Source: Felis catus (taxonomy: Eukaryota). From it: 64,000 nucleotides of DNA. The stretch is from assembly GCF_018350175.1 (NCBI RefSeq), contig NC_058368.1, positions 231,076,001 through 231,140,000 on the forward strand. Direction: 5' to 3'. The number at the start of each line of letters is the position of its first letter. Position 1 is the first letter of the stretch. The notes under the pieces are model-generated. The model was not told where the DNA came from and did no database searches. It worked only from the letters and a program-made list of their open reading frames with translations. Positions 24,511 through 36,511 of the stretch are shown one piece after another. The position numbers and the translations under genes are program-made.

Positions 24511-27500
24511 GCGGCTGGCCTGAGGTGAAGCCAGCAGGGCAGGAGCAGTGAACACACCCCAGCAACATGAAGAGCCACCAGGCTGGTGTGTGTGGGGGGG
24601 GGGGGGGGGGTAGATGAGCTGCCACCTTCGGGGACCCCAGGCGCCGGGCTGGGGGCTGGAGGAGAGGAGGCCTGACCAGCCCAGAGCTCCCCATCGCCGT
24701 AGCCGGGGCTCCAGGTGTCTGGAAAGCCACTTCCCACACCACCCGGGACCGAGGGCCGCTGGAAACCTTTCAAAGACACGTGGTTTTGTTAGATTTTGCT
24801 TTTATGTCCGTCACAAGCGGGAGAGAGTCGCCGGTGGGTGTGACAATGCTGAGCCTCAGGAGGGATGATGGGGACGGAAGCAGCCTTCGCGGAGCAAGCA
24901 GATGAGGTCTGAGAAACTGTGGCTCCAATGCGTCCGAGGAGGAGGCATTTAAGGAAAAAGTGCATCAAAACATCCCAGCATCCCTGCCTTGTGCAAAGGC
25001 CCGAGGATGCTACCGGTGTTAACATTTCTGGCAATGAGATGCACAGCCATTTTTATATCCACGAGGGTTCGGAAGGCAACTTGCCTGGCTTTGTACCTGA
25101 GCCAGATTTCTCCGCTCCCAAGGGTTGCTCTCCAGCCAGAAGACCCTCGCAGGCAGGCGCCCCTGCCCCGACTCACTCTCCTGACACAAGCTCTTCTGGA
25201 AGGTGTGGCTGCACTTGCTTCTAGCCCAGCACTTAAGTCTGAGCCGTCGCATGCGATTCAGGCGGGGACAGGAGACAAAGACAGGCCTGGAGACGCCTGC
25301 TGTTTCCTGAGCAGCTTCAGGGCACCAGCTCCGTGGAAGCTTCTGTTTCAGAATTTTAGCTGCTCTTGTGGTGACAACAGAGGCACCTCACACCTCCCCC
25401 AATCCCCTTTTAGCTAGCGGGAAGTGACAATCTGTGTAACATCGTGACTGATCCCTTTAAAAAGAAGAGGGGGGGGTCTCCTCTGACGTGCGGCCTGGGC
25501 CTGATGGCAGCCGGGAGGGAGAGCTCAGTCCCTCAAGCAGTGTCACCCCCGCATTTCACTCTGAAAAAGTCTGAGGACCTTTTCACTTCCTTCCTCATCC
25601 TCAGGGGTTTTCTCATCTAAAACGCAGGCAGTTCAGTTCGGGGACCTGCGGCAGGTGAGGGTGGCGGACGGGTACTCTCGAGATGGCGGGACTCGGTCCG
25701 CGGGAGAAGCCCATTCGTGAGGGCCGATGCTGCCCATGTCGCCGTCCGGGGAGGAGGGAGGGCCCCCACGTGTGAGCACAGGGACAAGGCCAGTGGAGGC
25801 ATGTGGGTGGGGTGCACCCCGCCTCTTTCTCCCCCCTGGGGGAGACCCTCAGCAGTGGGGTGCCTGGTGCTGGGGGCCGGAGACCCCAGGGGCCCAAGAG
25901 CAGCCCTCCTGGTGGAGACAGTTACCAAACTTGTCTGTGATGTGAGGCTCCCACCCACGGCGGGGGGTGCGGGGGGGGGGCTGTTTCTTTTCCACGGTCA
26001 GATGGTAAAAGGACTTCTCGTGGGCTCCTCAGAATGGGCTCAGGGGCCTCGCTGCGAAACCTGAATAGGGGAGTGAGCCAGGACGCTGCCTCCATCACTG
26101 GGCCACCGGGGAGATGACCCACTGTGCTTCGAGGTTGTCCTAAGAATTCCAGCTGGGCCCTGCTAGGAGGCTGGCAGGGAGAGCTTTTCAGAGTAAAACT
26201 CCTTTTAGGAAATCAAGTGATATTAATGACAGTCCTTGGGAGCGGTTATTCTCTGAGACAGGAACCTGCAGGCTCTCACACGGTGCCCCAACCCGAGGGC
26301 GGCACACTCCGGGGCTACAGAGTCCCCAGGGAGCCCGGTGGCCGTGCATCGGCAGCGTGGGGCCCGTGGTCTGCGTTCAGATCCCGCTCTGCCACTTGCA
26401 GTCTGAGTCCCTGAGCCTCCCTCCACGACTAGTCATCGTGCGAGGCCCGGGACGGCCCTTCCGCAGAGGGCTGCTGGAGGATTAAGGAGAATAGAGACAA
26501 GGCGCCGAATGTCCCAGCCCACGGCGAGAACCCTGGACGTGACGCCCATTCGTAAGCGGCGCATTTGGATGGAAAATCGCGTTAAGCACACGCATCCGGA
26601 TGGCCACCAGACGCAGAGCGAAGTTCATGCTTCTCAGAGGCTCTCGAGCGTCGGGCCGGTGGTTTGCCATTCCGGGCTTCCTCCCTCAGTGTGGGGCGGA
26701 GGGTGGCGGGGACTTCATTCACAACTTTTTTTTGTACTAAAAGAGGTCCTCAAGCTTAAAAAACAAAGCGAAGAATTTTGATCCCCTGCTTCGACGCTTA
26801 GGATCACTGCCGGTGCTGCAGAAAAGGAAACTCAAAGATCACGACATGAAATGTCATCTTGCCGGGCAAGCATCGCAGGGCATCACTGGAGCAGGGGGCG
26901 GGGGGCCGGAGTCACCAGCACGCCTGCCCCGCCTCCCACCTGCCCCGGGCAGCGCACACGGCCCGGAACCCCGTTTGTGGCTCGCGACGCGGTAAGCCAG
27001 GTGGCGGCGAGGCACGTCTGCCTGTTCTGTCCACTCAGGACGGGGCCCAGCTCGAAGCAGGGCTCAGCACACGTTTGTGAAGCAAGGAAGGCAGGCAGGC
27101 GCGATTCACAGGACTCTGAAGTTTAAGTAGAGCTTCTGGTCTTCGCAGAGACCTTGCATTTGATCCCTCTGCCCGGCGATTTCGAAGAGGAATTTGAGAG
27201 CACGGACAGCACGTAGGACGCGTCTGCCACCAGCCACGCAGAGACCGTGGATGGAGGCGGCGGGGTCAGGCCCGTTGTGCCGACACAGCCACCAGATTCC
27301 AGTTTACCGGAAAGCCTCTGTGGAAGGTGAACGGGCAGTAATCCGTCGTAAAATACTCGTCCTTTCCTTCCACGTCACCGCTCCGTCTCCTCCCTCTGAA
27401 GGGTTTTTAAAAAGCATAAACATAAACGCTAAGACGCCCCACGACACCACAACCGTCCCCTCTGAGGCACAGCTCCGGGTTGCTGATGCGCCTCCACGCT

Positions 27501-28504
27501 GCCCCGCCAACGCGTGGGCATCCGGTGGCCTCTCTCCTTCGGGGCCTGGCTGCCCCGGGCCACCTGCACCCCCCCCCGCCCCCCTCTCCCTTCCCCACCT
27601 ACATGGCCAGTGGACCAGAGGGGACGGGGACCAGCAGGAGGGGACCTTCCCTGACCGCCTGGCTCCAGAGTCCACAGCTCACAGCAAGCACTACTGCCGA
27701 GGTGGCCTGGCTTGGGGACGGGACCGGACCCCACACTGACCAGCCAGGATGACAGACTTATTCAAGGAGGAAAGGAGGGGCGCGCACGCTGGTGTCCTGG
27801 CCCCTTCCCCAGTGTTGCGTTCAGAAGGTGACCAGATGTCTCCACCTAGCTAGCGTCCCACCCGACGCGTGGACAAGAGACCCTGTCGCTTGCTCTGGCC
27901 TGGCTCCAAATCTAGCGCTTAACCGTCAGGCTTAAAGTGAAAGTGACAAAGGTGGATCCCCCACAGTATGAAACATTCTACCTTCTGGGAAAATCTGAAT
28001 TTCACAATTACACCATAAACATCCGTTCAAATATTAGACACTCATTTTACATTATGGAAATCTTGCTTTCACCGGAGTTCCAGATGAACCAAGCAAGGTA
28101 ACGTTAGCTTCAGTAACGAAATCTGACTTTGTCCTTCCCACCGGTCACATCGGGGCCCGTCTTTGCCGCAGGAGGGTCCCCGGGGCTGCCGTCCTCTCCA
28201 CGGCTGGTGGACACACTGCCTCTGGGCCCCCGTGGAGCTCAGTGTGCAACGTCCAGCCAGCACCTGGCTCTCCTGGGGTTTCCCACTTTCTCACTGGGGC
28301 CCTGAGTAGAACCAGTGAACTGTGTGGTCCATCACAGAGTGGCTATCAGACGGCAGAGGCCATGCACGACCTACAGCGGTCTGTAATGATACAGACGGAC
28401 AGATAACGAAATCTAACTGGGAGTGAAAAGAAGTTCCAGAAGGTTACTAATAACAGAATCCTCTTTTCATAAAGTTGAAACCAACGAAAATAAAATAATG
28501 TTCT

Positions 28505-28741
28505 TTCTTTCTTTTTTTTTAATGGTCATTTATTTTAGAGAGAGAGAGGCACACACAGAATATGAGCCGGGGGGAGGCAGGGGGTGGGGTTGCAGAGAGG
28601 GAGACACGGAATCCAGAGCAGGCTCCAGGCTCTGAGCTGTCAGCACAGAGCCCAGGGCGGGGCTCGAACTCATGAACTACAAGATCATGACCTGAGCCGA
28701 AGTTGGGACGCTTAAAACCGACTGAGCGAGCCAGGTGCCCC
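28505..28741 (-). mobile_element. Can-SINE (probably within an old L1 remnant)
   Basis: SINEC structure; flanking ataatgt. Confidence 0.88.
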
Positions 28742-29576
28742 GAGATAATGTATCTCTTGGGGTATGTACGTGGCCCCCAGGAAGCGTGAGATTTGGGATA
28801 GCAGTTGCTTCGGGCCGGGGAGGCAGGGGGATCGAATGGAGGAAGAGAGCAGAGGCCCTCAGCAGCGGCGCATTGTTGGTGTTAGCGATCATGTGGGGAT
28901 CATGGGCGCTTCTGACATTAAATGACTGTCTAAAATTAAAACCGGAGATGAGTGCGTCATGAAGCGTGGACTGTGAATTACCAGTTATGCTCTCTGCGGT
29001 GCAAAGACTATAAAAAGGGAGGGCAGAAAACAGGTGGCCGTCTCGGCAGTGAAGGGGCCACTTCTCCTCCTAAAAACCCCTTCTTCACAAGCGGACAGTG
29101 GTAGCTCTTCCTGCCCCGGACCTCGGTGTCTCACAGACTCGAACACTGGAGCTGGAGAGAGAGCGTCCAGATCCCCAAAGCAGTCCGGTCCCTCCTCTCC
29201 CCGCCCCCCTCGGTTCAGAGACGCCCTTACCTTGGGAATTGGAGAGTCGCCTGTGTCTTGATTCCCAATGGTCGTACTTCAACATAAGCCAAGTTCACTA
29301 TATCTGTCACCTACTAATCACAGATTTTAACTCAAATATAAACTAACTTTACACCTCTTCCCACAGAGGAGGAAAATAACACCTGCTTACGAAACGGTGT
29401 GTAGTTTCATAAAAAGTCACTGATGCATTCTCTTCTAAAACCTAAATGCCTTTTAATGATATTTTATCTACTTTTTTTAATCTACTTTTAATGATATTTT
29501 ATCTACTGTTAACAATTTTAAAATTGAAGCATTCGTAAGTCTTTAACTTTTCCAAATTAAAATAACTGTAAGCCCA

Positions 29577-30030
29577 GGGGCGCCTGGGTGGCTCCGCTGG
29601 GTGAGCATCTGACTCTTGGTGTTGGCTCAGCGTCATGACCTCATGGTTCATGAGATGGAGCCCCACGTCGGGCTCTGCGCTGACAGCGTGGAGCCTGCTT
29701 GGGATTCTCTCTCCCTCTCCCTCTCTCTCTCTGCCCTTTCCCTACTCATGCTTTCTTTCTCTCTCTCAAAATAAATAAACATTTGAAAAAAAGTTTAAAA
29801 TAACTGTAAGCCCAAGAATAAGACAGTCAGGGGTGTCTGGGTGGCTCAGTTGGTTAAGCATCCCACTTCGGCTCAGGTTATGATCTCGAGGTTCGTGAGT
29901 TTGAGCCCCGTGTTGGGCTCTGTGCTGACGGCATGGAGCCTGCTTGGGATTCTCTCCCCTTTTCTGTCCCTCCTTCACTCGCTCTCTCTCTCAATCTCTC
30001 TCAATCAATCCATAAACATTGAAAAAAATA
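29577..30030 (+). mobile_element. Two tandem Can-SINEs (29577-29796, 29830-30030)
   Basis: The first has an 18-bp TSD aaaataactgtaagccca at 29559-29576 and 29797-29814. Confidence 0.9.
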
Positions 30031-30175
30031 CAATAGTCTCTGGGAAAAAAAATTGCTTCTCTTAGACAAAGTGAGTAATGAGAGTGTTTCCTTCAGTTAC
30101 TGAAACACCTCCATTATTTTCAAGCCAGGCCTCTGATCACCCAGGATGATTAATACGCTACTTGTAGGTACGTAC

Positions 30176-30337
30176 CCCACCAAGCATGCTACATCCGAGC
30201 GCTAAAAATTTTATCCACTCGATTTTGTTTTCGCAAGGATCCAGCTGCAGCAGAGTTCTGAAGTTTTCTACCGGCAGGCACAGATTTTTCCATTTCTGCT
30301 CAAGATGTGCTAATTCCACATACTGCTCGTGGCTACA
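30176..30337 (-). CDS. ROPN1L: ROPN1L exon 3, CSHEQYVELAHLEQKWKNLCLPVENFRTLLQLDPCENKIEWIKFLALGCSMLGG
   Basis: Lies within ORF 30158..30352. tatacAG acceptor, GGG|GTACG donor, 162 nt, phase 0-0. Confidence 0.96.
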
Positions 30338-30701
30338 CTGTATAGAAAACACAGTGTGACAAAATCAGTACGTTTTTACGGCTGCAAGTATTAAGGTTTA
30401 AAAACGTGTGAAACATAATGCTGATGAATCTTTAAACTCATCCCAGGCGCACAACTGCATGCTGGGAAGAGATGAGCTCTGAATTCACAACACACAGAGC
30501 CCGGGGAGAGCTGGGTGGGAAGGTGTGGGGGGGGATGCTCGCCCGGCAAGAGGGCGCGGCGAGCTGATATCGGCACAGTTAACTTTTCAAAAGGAGAAAG
30601 GACGGTGAGGTCAATAGGGCCTCCCGTTGTGACTTAGGAAAACGGGCACACGCACACGGGGTGTGGTCTGTGTGAAACGCTTTGCAAGAAAAAACAAACT
30701 T

Positions 30702-30855
30702 AACTCTTAAAAACTGAGAACAGACTGAGGGTTGATGAGGGGGTGGAAGGGAGGGGAGGGTGGGTGAGGGGCACGGGAGGAGGGCACCTGTTGGGAGGAG
30801 CGCTGGGTGTTGTACGGAAACCAATGTGACGATAGATTTCATATTACAAAAAAAA
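30702..30855 (+). mobile_element. Severely 5'-truncated carnivore/felid L1 (3' ~150 bp)
   Basis: actcttaaaaactgagaac...G-rich tract...gggtgttgtacggaaac...A tail; TSD-like aaaaa(c/t)aaactt on both sides. Confidence 0.8.
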
Positions 30856-31759
30856 TAAACTTCAACAAACAAAATGAAAACATTTCAAATCCCACCCGCT
30901 CCATGTGTTAACAGTTAAATAAGAGAAATTTGAAAACTGAAAACAAATTCATTCCTTCCACTTTTTGAAACAATCTGTGAGAACTGGTAACTACCGCGAT
31001 GTGCTAATGGTCTTGAACGTGAAATGCTTTGAGCAATTTTAGCGTGACTTTTCCCGAGCTACCCCTTTCGATGGTTATTCGTTTTTCCCTCCAGATTTCC
31101 AGAAGTCAGCGTATCCGGCACAGAAGCACGGTAAGTCAAAAAGTGTAATGGGGACAAATCACTTTAAAGATCAAGGTGATACCACTGATGTCATTTTTAG
31201 CAACACAACGCAATCATTGGGATTGCCAAGCTTGGCCGGATAACACACAATCTGGTAACTCGTTTCTCTGAAAGCAAGATGGTGGGTCGGGAGAGCACCG
31301 GCCCGGGACTCTTGCGCAAGACTGTGCCGGGAAGGACCTCGCCCACGCCCGGGCTCTCTGGACGAAGGACACCAGACGTCAAAGGGCGCTCTGCTGTTCA
31401 GATTAATGAGGCGGCAAATTATTTCTTTAGCACATACGAAACTTTTATAAACATATTTCAAGAAGAGACTTGCAGCCCCCATGTTTGGAGTTGAATGTTC
31501 AGACTTGTAGTCCAGGAGCATCTAGCGTTTTAATTTGGTATTTAAAAGAAATTATATTTCACTTTCCTACAATCTAATCACGAATAGCTATGTTGGGTTC
31601 TTTCAACTAGAGAAAGAGCACTGAATACAACGGATCCCTCCTTTGACTAAATCTTGCGGGTTTGCGCAGGGAACGGAGGCCTCGCAAATGTGTTGGGATG
31701 CGTTAACGCAGCCACGCTTTATCTCGTGGAGCCGAAAGATTAACAGAGACCCCTCATAC

Positions 31760-31883
31760 CTGCTTGTGCAAAACTTTCAGGAGTCCTTGAGTCAGGCCTG
31801 TGTCCGTTTTCTGAGTGGCCACGGGCATTTCAATTCTGTCCTTGACAGGAAGCGGATCTCCTCTTGACAAAGCTGAAAAATAC
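31760..31883 (-). CDS. ROPN1L: ROPN1L exon 2, YFSALSRGDPLPVKDRIEMPVATQKTDTGLTQGLLKVLHKQ
   Basis: ctgttAG acceptor, CAG|GTATG donor, 124 nt, phase 2 to 0. Confidence 0.96.
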
Positions 31884-32884
31884 CTAACAGCAACAGATGT
31901 CCCTGAAGGCTCGTCGATACACAGAAAGCACCGTAATGAATGCGGTCTCTTAAATGACCCCCAATGCCTGGGACCCCTCCAGAGGCCTTGGCTCCTCTAC
32001 TCGGCTCTCCAACTTAACCCTCTCCGCATTCCTCAGTTTCTCTGTCTGCAAAACCGATAATGGCAATCCCTGTTGTAGGGCCCCTAGGAGCACTGAGCTC
32101 AAGCCGCAGCGGGCTGAACGTGCCGCTCAGCCATCAGGCCAAGGGGCGGGGGGGGCTCCCGAAACACATGTTCTTATCAAGCAAACACTATGAGGGGTCC
32201 TGGAATGCTGCCAAAGGAGGTCGGAGATTTGGGACGACAGTGAACCAAGGGCAATGCCACAGTGCAGTCCTTCCACTTTGACAGCTGGCATCTGGCCCTC
32301 CCTTTGGTTGGCCTGGCTGCTTTCCAAGGGGCCTGACTTCGACCATCTCGGTTCAGCCCGACACGGTCCCGGATCAGGGAGGTCACCTGTCTGCCCCACT
32401 CCTCTAAGTCAGAGGCCACCCTTCCCACCCTTCACGCTTTCCTGCCTCGTACCTTGTTTTAGTAATTTTTTAGGAAACTGCTTTATTAAATTTAACAATT
32501 TAGTAATAATAGCAATTAATTTAATTAATTTAGTAATTAACAGTAACAATTTAGTAGTGGTTTTAGCATTGTTTCCCCTTTCCCTGTTCCTTTCTGGGGT
32601 GGGAATATGGGTGCTTACATCGGTGCCAATATTGCCTCTAGCGGGACAAGTGAGGGCATGGAACCAGTTTAGGGCAACGAGTCACGATGAGACACACACT
32701 CGGCTTCTGTCTGGCGGGGACGGGGAGGAGGCACCAGGCGAGCCAGGGGTGGCCAGCCGCTGAAGGCAAGTCACCGGCCACTCTCATGGCTAACACAACA
32801 AAAAGAAACAATACACACAGTGAAATGAATGGCAAATCCTCCTCCAGGCCAACAGGTCATAATCGAAAAGGTCTGAACAACGAG

Positions 32885-33080
32885 GGGCGCCTGGGCGGCT
32901 CAATCGGTTAAGCGTCCGACTCTTGACTTCAGCTCAGGTCACGACCTTGCGTTTTGTGAGTTCGAGCCCCGCACTGGGCTCTCGTACTGGCAGTTTGGAG
33001 CCTCCTTGGGATTCTCTCTCTCTGCCCCTCCCCAGCTCTCTCTCTCTCTCTCTCAAAAGTAAACTTAAAAAGTAATAAAA
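32885..33080 (+). mobile_element. Can-SINE
   Basis: SINEC structure. Confidence 0.88.
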
Positions 33081-33381
33081 GATATGAGTCCTTAGAAACA
33101 TCTCTGATTATGTAACAGAGATAGCCGTAGCTAGGTATTTGACAGGCTAACAGAAATTTTGTACCTCGTCTCCTTTTCCTCTCTCCGCCCGTATTTTGTT
33201 GACCTAACACAAGGGCAGCAGTGAGAGAGACAAAGGTGGACAGGAAGAAGTAAGGTGACAGGGGCGAGGCATGGGTGTGTAGCTTTGTCATATTGTTCCT
33301 AATGAGGGTTTTCGCCTATTTTGGGGGACTTTATTCCTCATCACCGATCAAGCCACTCACCCACCTCCACACAGCCTCTAA

Positions 33382-33625
33382 AGCAGTGGTCCTCAACAGT
33401 TCTCCCTTCTCCTCCCCAGGAAGGCCCTGGCAGTTTCTGGAGACATTTCTGGTCGTCACAGGAGGGGGTGGATGGTGCGACTGGCCTCTAGTGGGTACAG
33501 GCCAGGATGCTGCAAAGGGCCCTGCTAGGCCCAGACACCCCCCCCCCCAGCCCCACCCTCCCCCCAGCCCCCAAGCAATTGTCCTGTCCCAAGTGTCAAC
33601 GGTGCCCAGGCTGAGAAAGCCCGCG
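33382..33625. mobile_element. MER20-like hAT DNA transposon
   Basis: cagtggtcctcaac...tctggagacattt...ctagtgggta...ggccaggatgctg...gtcaacggtgcc...gctgagaaa. Confidence 0.8.
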
Positions 33626-33976
33626 TTAGGGGCGAGCCCCGATGTGCTAATTCCCTGGAGGCCCGTGCGGCAGAAAGCAGCCTATAGCATTGAACCAATT
33701 CTTGCCCCAGTCATACCGCACGACGCACAGGCGACATAACAAGGTACGGCCAACTAGCTGTTGCGTCAGAGCAGAGACCACAGGCGGGGGAGCCAGGCCG
33801 AGCCGCCTCTGCCACCTGAAAGCCTCGTTTGTAACGTTCGTTAACCTGAACGCCTCCTGAAGGCTTCTGCAGTTACCTTCACAGGCATCCTGATTTTCTG
33901 CTTTTTCCTCCTGTCACCATCCCTTTGTCCGGAGGCCACTCCTCTTCCTGGAATACCCATGCCTTGTCTTTTAAAG

Positions 33977-34059
33977 TTTTTTGTTTGTTTGTTTGTGTAT
34001 TTTGAGAGAGAGAAAGAGACACAGCATGTGCAAGCAGGGGAGGGGCAGAGAGAGAGGGA

Positions 34060-34101
<42 letters not shown>

Positions 34102-34456
34102 CTCAAGCAGGCTCTGCACGGTCAGCACCAGAGCCCAATGAGGGGCTCGATCTCACAAACTGTGAGATCAAGACCCAAGCCGAAGTCAAGAGTTGGTTGC
34201 TTGGAGCGCCTGGGTGGCTCAGTCGGTTGAGCGTCCGACTTCAGTTCAGGTCACGATCTCGCGGTTCGGGAGTTCCAGCCCCATGCCGGGCTCTGTGCTG
34301 ACAGCTCGGAGCCCGGAGCCTGCTTCGGATTCTGTGTCTCCCTCTCCCTCTGCCCCTCCCTTGATTCTCTGTCTGTCTGTCTCTCTCTCAAAAAGAAACA
34401 TTAAAAGACTTTTTTAAGAGTTGGATGCTTAACCAACTGAGCCACCCAGGCTACCC
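33977..34456. mobile_element. Nested SINEs: + strand SINE (34203-34415) inside the head of a - strand SINE
   Basis: 15-bp TSD aagagttgg(t/a)tgctt at 34188-34202 and 34416-34430; the host head resumes to 34456. Confidence 0.9.
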
Positions 34457-34906
34457 TTGCCTGGCCGTGACCTCAAAGACCAATTCGTCCTCTTCTGAGC
34501 AACATCTCTCCCTAACAGATTGTCTGGTGACAGCTGGGACCTGGCTGAGACCATTTCACACACACTACTTAGTGAATTATGCTTCTTTTTACTCCTCAAC
34601 TCCAAAATTGTTCTCGAGAGAAAACAGTTGCATGGCACATCCAGAAAGTTCTCAGTTGAGCCTTTTAAAGTGAAGCTTAAATTAAAATAATTTAACGTTC
34701 CAAGAAAACAGTGACTCAATCTTGGAATGTTCTGTCCAGTACAAATAAACTCTTACACGTCCTACTTTCATTGATGCTTTAATGACGGTTAAAACCAGGG
34801 CCATAATTTTTTTTCTTTGGGGGGAAGAACCCAGAGAGAATCTATCAGAAGCAACGGACAGAAGTGTTTGTCACAAGGCAAAGCACTGAATTGATAAGCA
34901 GCCTCG

Positions 34907-35371
34907 TGTGGTAGGTTCTGTAAGAGCCTCAAAGATATCCAGGTCCTAATCCTGGAACCTGCAGATCTCATTTTGTGTGGTAACAGGGACTTTTGTAGAT
35001 GTGAGTGAGGATTCTGAGATGGGAAAACTGTACTGAATTATCTTGAGGGGTCCTAAATGCAATCACAAGTGTCCTTGGGAGAGGGAGGCACAGGGAGAGA
35101 GACTTGGAGATGCCACACTTCTGGCTTTAAAGACGAAGGGGCCATGAGCCATAGAACACAAGGAAGGCAGTTCCAGAAGCTGGAAAAGGCAAGGCAAGGG
35201 ACTGGATTCTCCCTAGAGCCTCCGGACAGAAGCCGTGACAGCTTGACTACAGCCAGGCGAAACTGATTTCGGACTTGCAGCCTCCACAACTGTAAGAGAA
35301 TACATGCCTATTGTTTTAACCCATCAGCTTTTGTGGTTATTCGCTAGAGTAGGCCACAGGGAACTAGGTCA
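34907..35371 (+). mobile_element. MLT1D-like solo LTR
   Basis: tgtggtagg...ccaggtcctaatcctggaacctg...gattctccctagagcctcc...aactgtaagagaata. Confidence 0.8.
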
Positions 35372-35737
35372 CCTTGGTTTTACAGGTGAGAGAAACTGGA
35401 AATGCTGGTTACTAAATAAAACTGGTTCTTGGGATCATAAAACTGAGTTTCTAAGTCTGTTTCCTGAAAAGGACAAAGAACTTTCCTTTCAAAACCAAAT
35501 GGGTTTATTTTAATGGTTTTAAGGTCTGTTTGCAACTTTAAAATTAGGGAAATAGTATGTTTGCTGCAAGAAATATTTGCGTTCTGTGAACTAAGCTGGG
35601 CGAAGTCTAACCTTTACAGCAGCCTTGGGAAAATCACCCCAACATGACCTTGGTCGTTTGGGTTCTAATAGACTGATCCAGGTACCTAACCCTGGGAGGA
35701 TTCTCTAGCACGAGGAACCTAGCCCTAAGATTCCTTC

Positions 35738-35741
<4 letters not shown>

Positions 35742-35769
<28 letters not shown>
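35742..35769. repeat. Poly(A) tract (~28 nt) in ROPN1L intron 1
   Basis: Read directly. Confidence 0.95.
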
Positions 35770-35772
<3 letters not shown>

Positions 35773-36051
35773 CTTTACAAATAAAATACAGGGTCTGCAG
35801 TGGCTTGGTCTTATAACACAATGCAGAAACTTTTTACCCGACGCAACTGCTTTGTAAGTTTTACTCTGAGTAAGTACCACTCTCCCACGATGGAGTTGTC
35901 ATTACTTTGCAGGACAGTGAGCATTCTGCAGTAATTTCTGGGAAGGTCACCCAACCATGATGCTTCCTAGACGCTCAGGTGTAGACACCAGCTGGGGAAG
36001 GTGTCCTGAGCGTCGGACCACGCGAAGCGGCCGGCTCTCCCAGGCGCTTAC

Positions 36052-36182
36052 CCCGCGGACCACTGCAGCACGTCGGCGGGCTGGGTGCGGATCGCAGCCT
36101 TGGTGAACTGCTTCAGGATGTCCGGCAGTTCCGGGGGAATGTGGATCTGCTGCGCGCAGAACATGGTGTCGGGAAGCGGCAT
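36052..36182 (-). CDS. ROPN1L: ROPN1L exon 1, MPLPDTMFCAQQIHIPPELPDILKQFTKAAIRTQPADVLQWSA(G); RIIa-type dimerisation/docking domain
   Basis: Recognised N-terminus of ropporin-1-like (ASP). ATG at 36182, donor GG|GTAAG, 131 nt, ends in phase 2. Confidence 0.97.
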
Positions 36183-36498
36183 AGCTCTCCGCAGACCGGG
36201 ACCAGGCTGCGAAGAATCAAGGTGCGCTGCGTGTGGGGGCTTGAGCCTCGGGGCGCAGGCGCAGCTCAAGGGTCTGGCCGCCCAGCCTCCCCGGATCTGG
36301 AGCCTGGAGGGGACCTGGGGTTTGTGGCGGGGCCGGGCTCCCGGGCTTGGGGGCGGGCCAGAAGGCCGGCTTCGCGAGGTCCGGGGTGGCCGGCCGGGTC
36401 TTTCAGCCGCTCCTCCTCGGGCTCCTCGGAAAGTGAAGGCCAACTGCCCCTTCTAGTCACAGCCCGGAAGCGCCAGCGGCACCAATTGTGTCGCAGAG

Positions 36499-36511
36499 GT
36501 ATCCAGGCAAC
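36499..36511 (-). promoter_or_regulatory. RFX X-box-like motif GTTGCCTGGATAC
   Basis: Matches the 13-bp X-box form, about 320 bp upstream of the ATG of a motile-cilium/flagellum gene. Confidence 0.65.

Noticed and set aside
32254..32763. 169-aa ORF with a hydrophobic N/L/I-rich stretch
   Set aside because: The hydrophobic part comes from an AT-rich low-complexity tract (aattt/agtaat units) on the antisense strand of ROPN1L intron 1.
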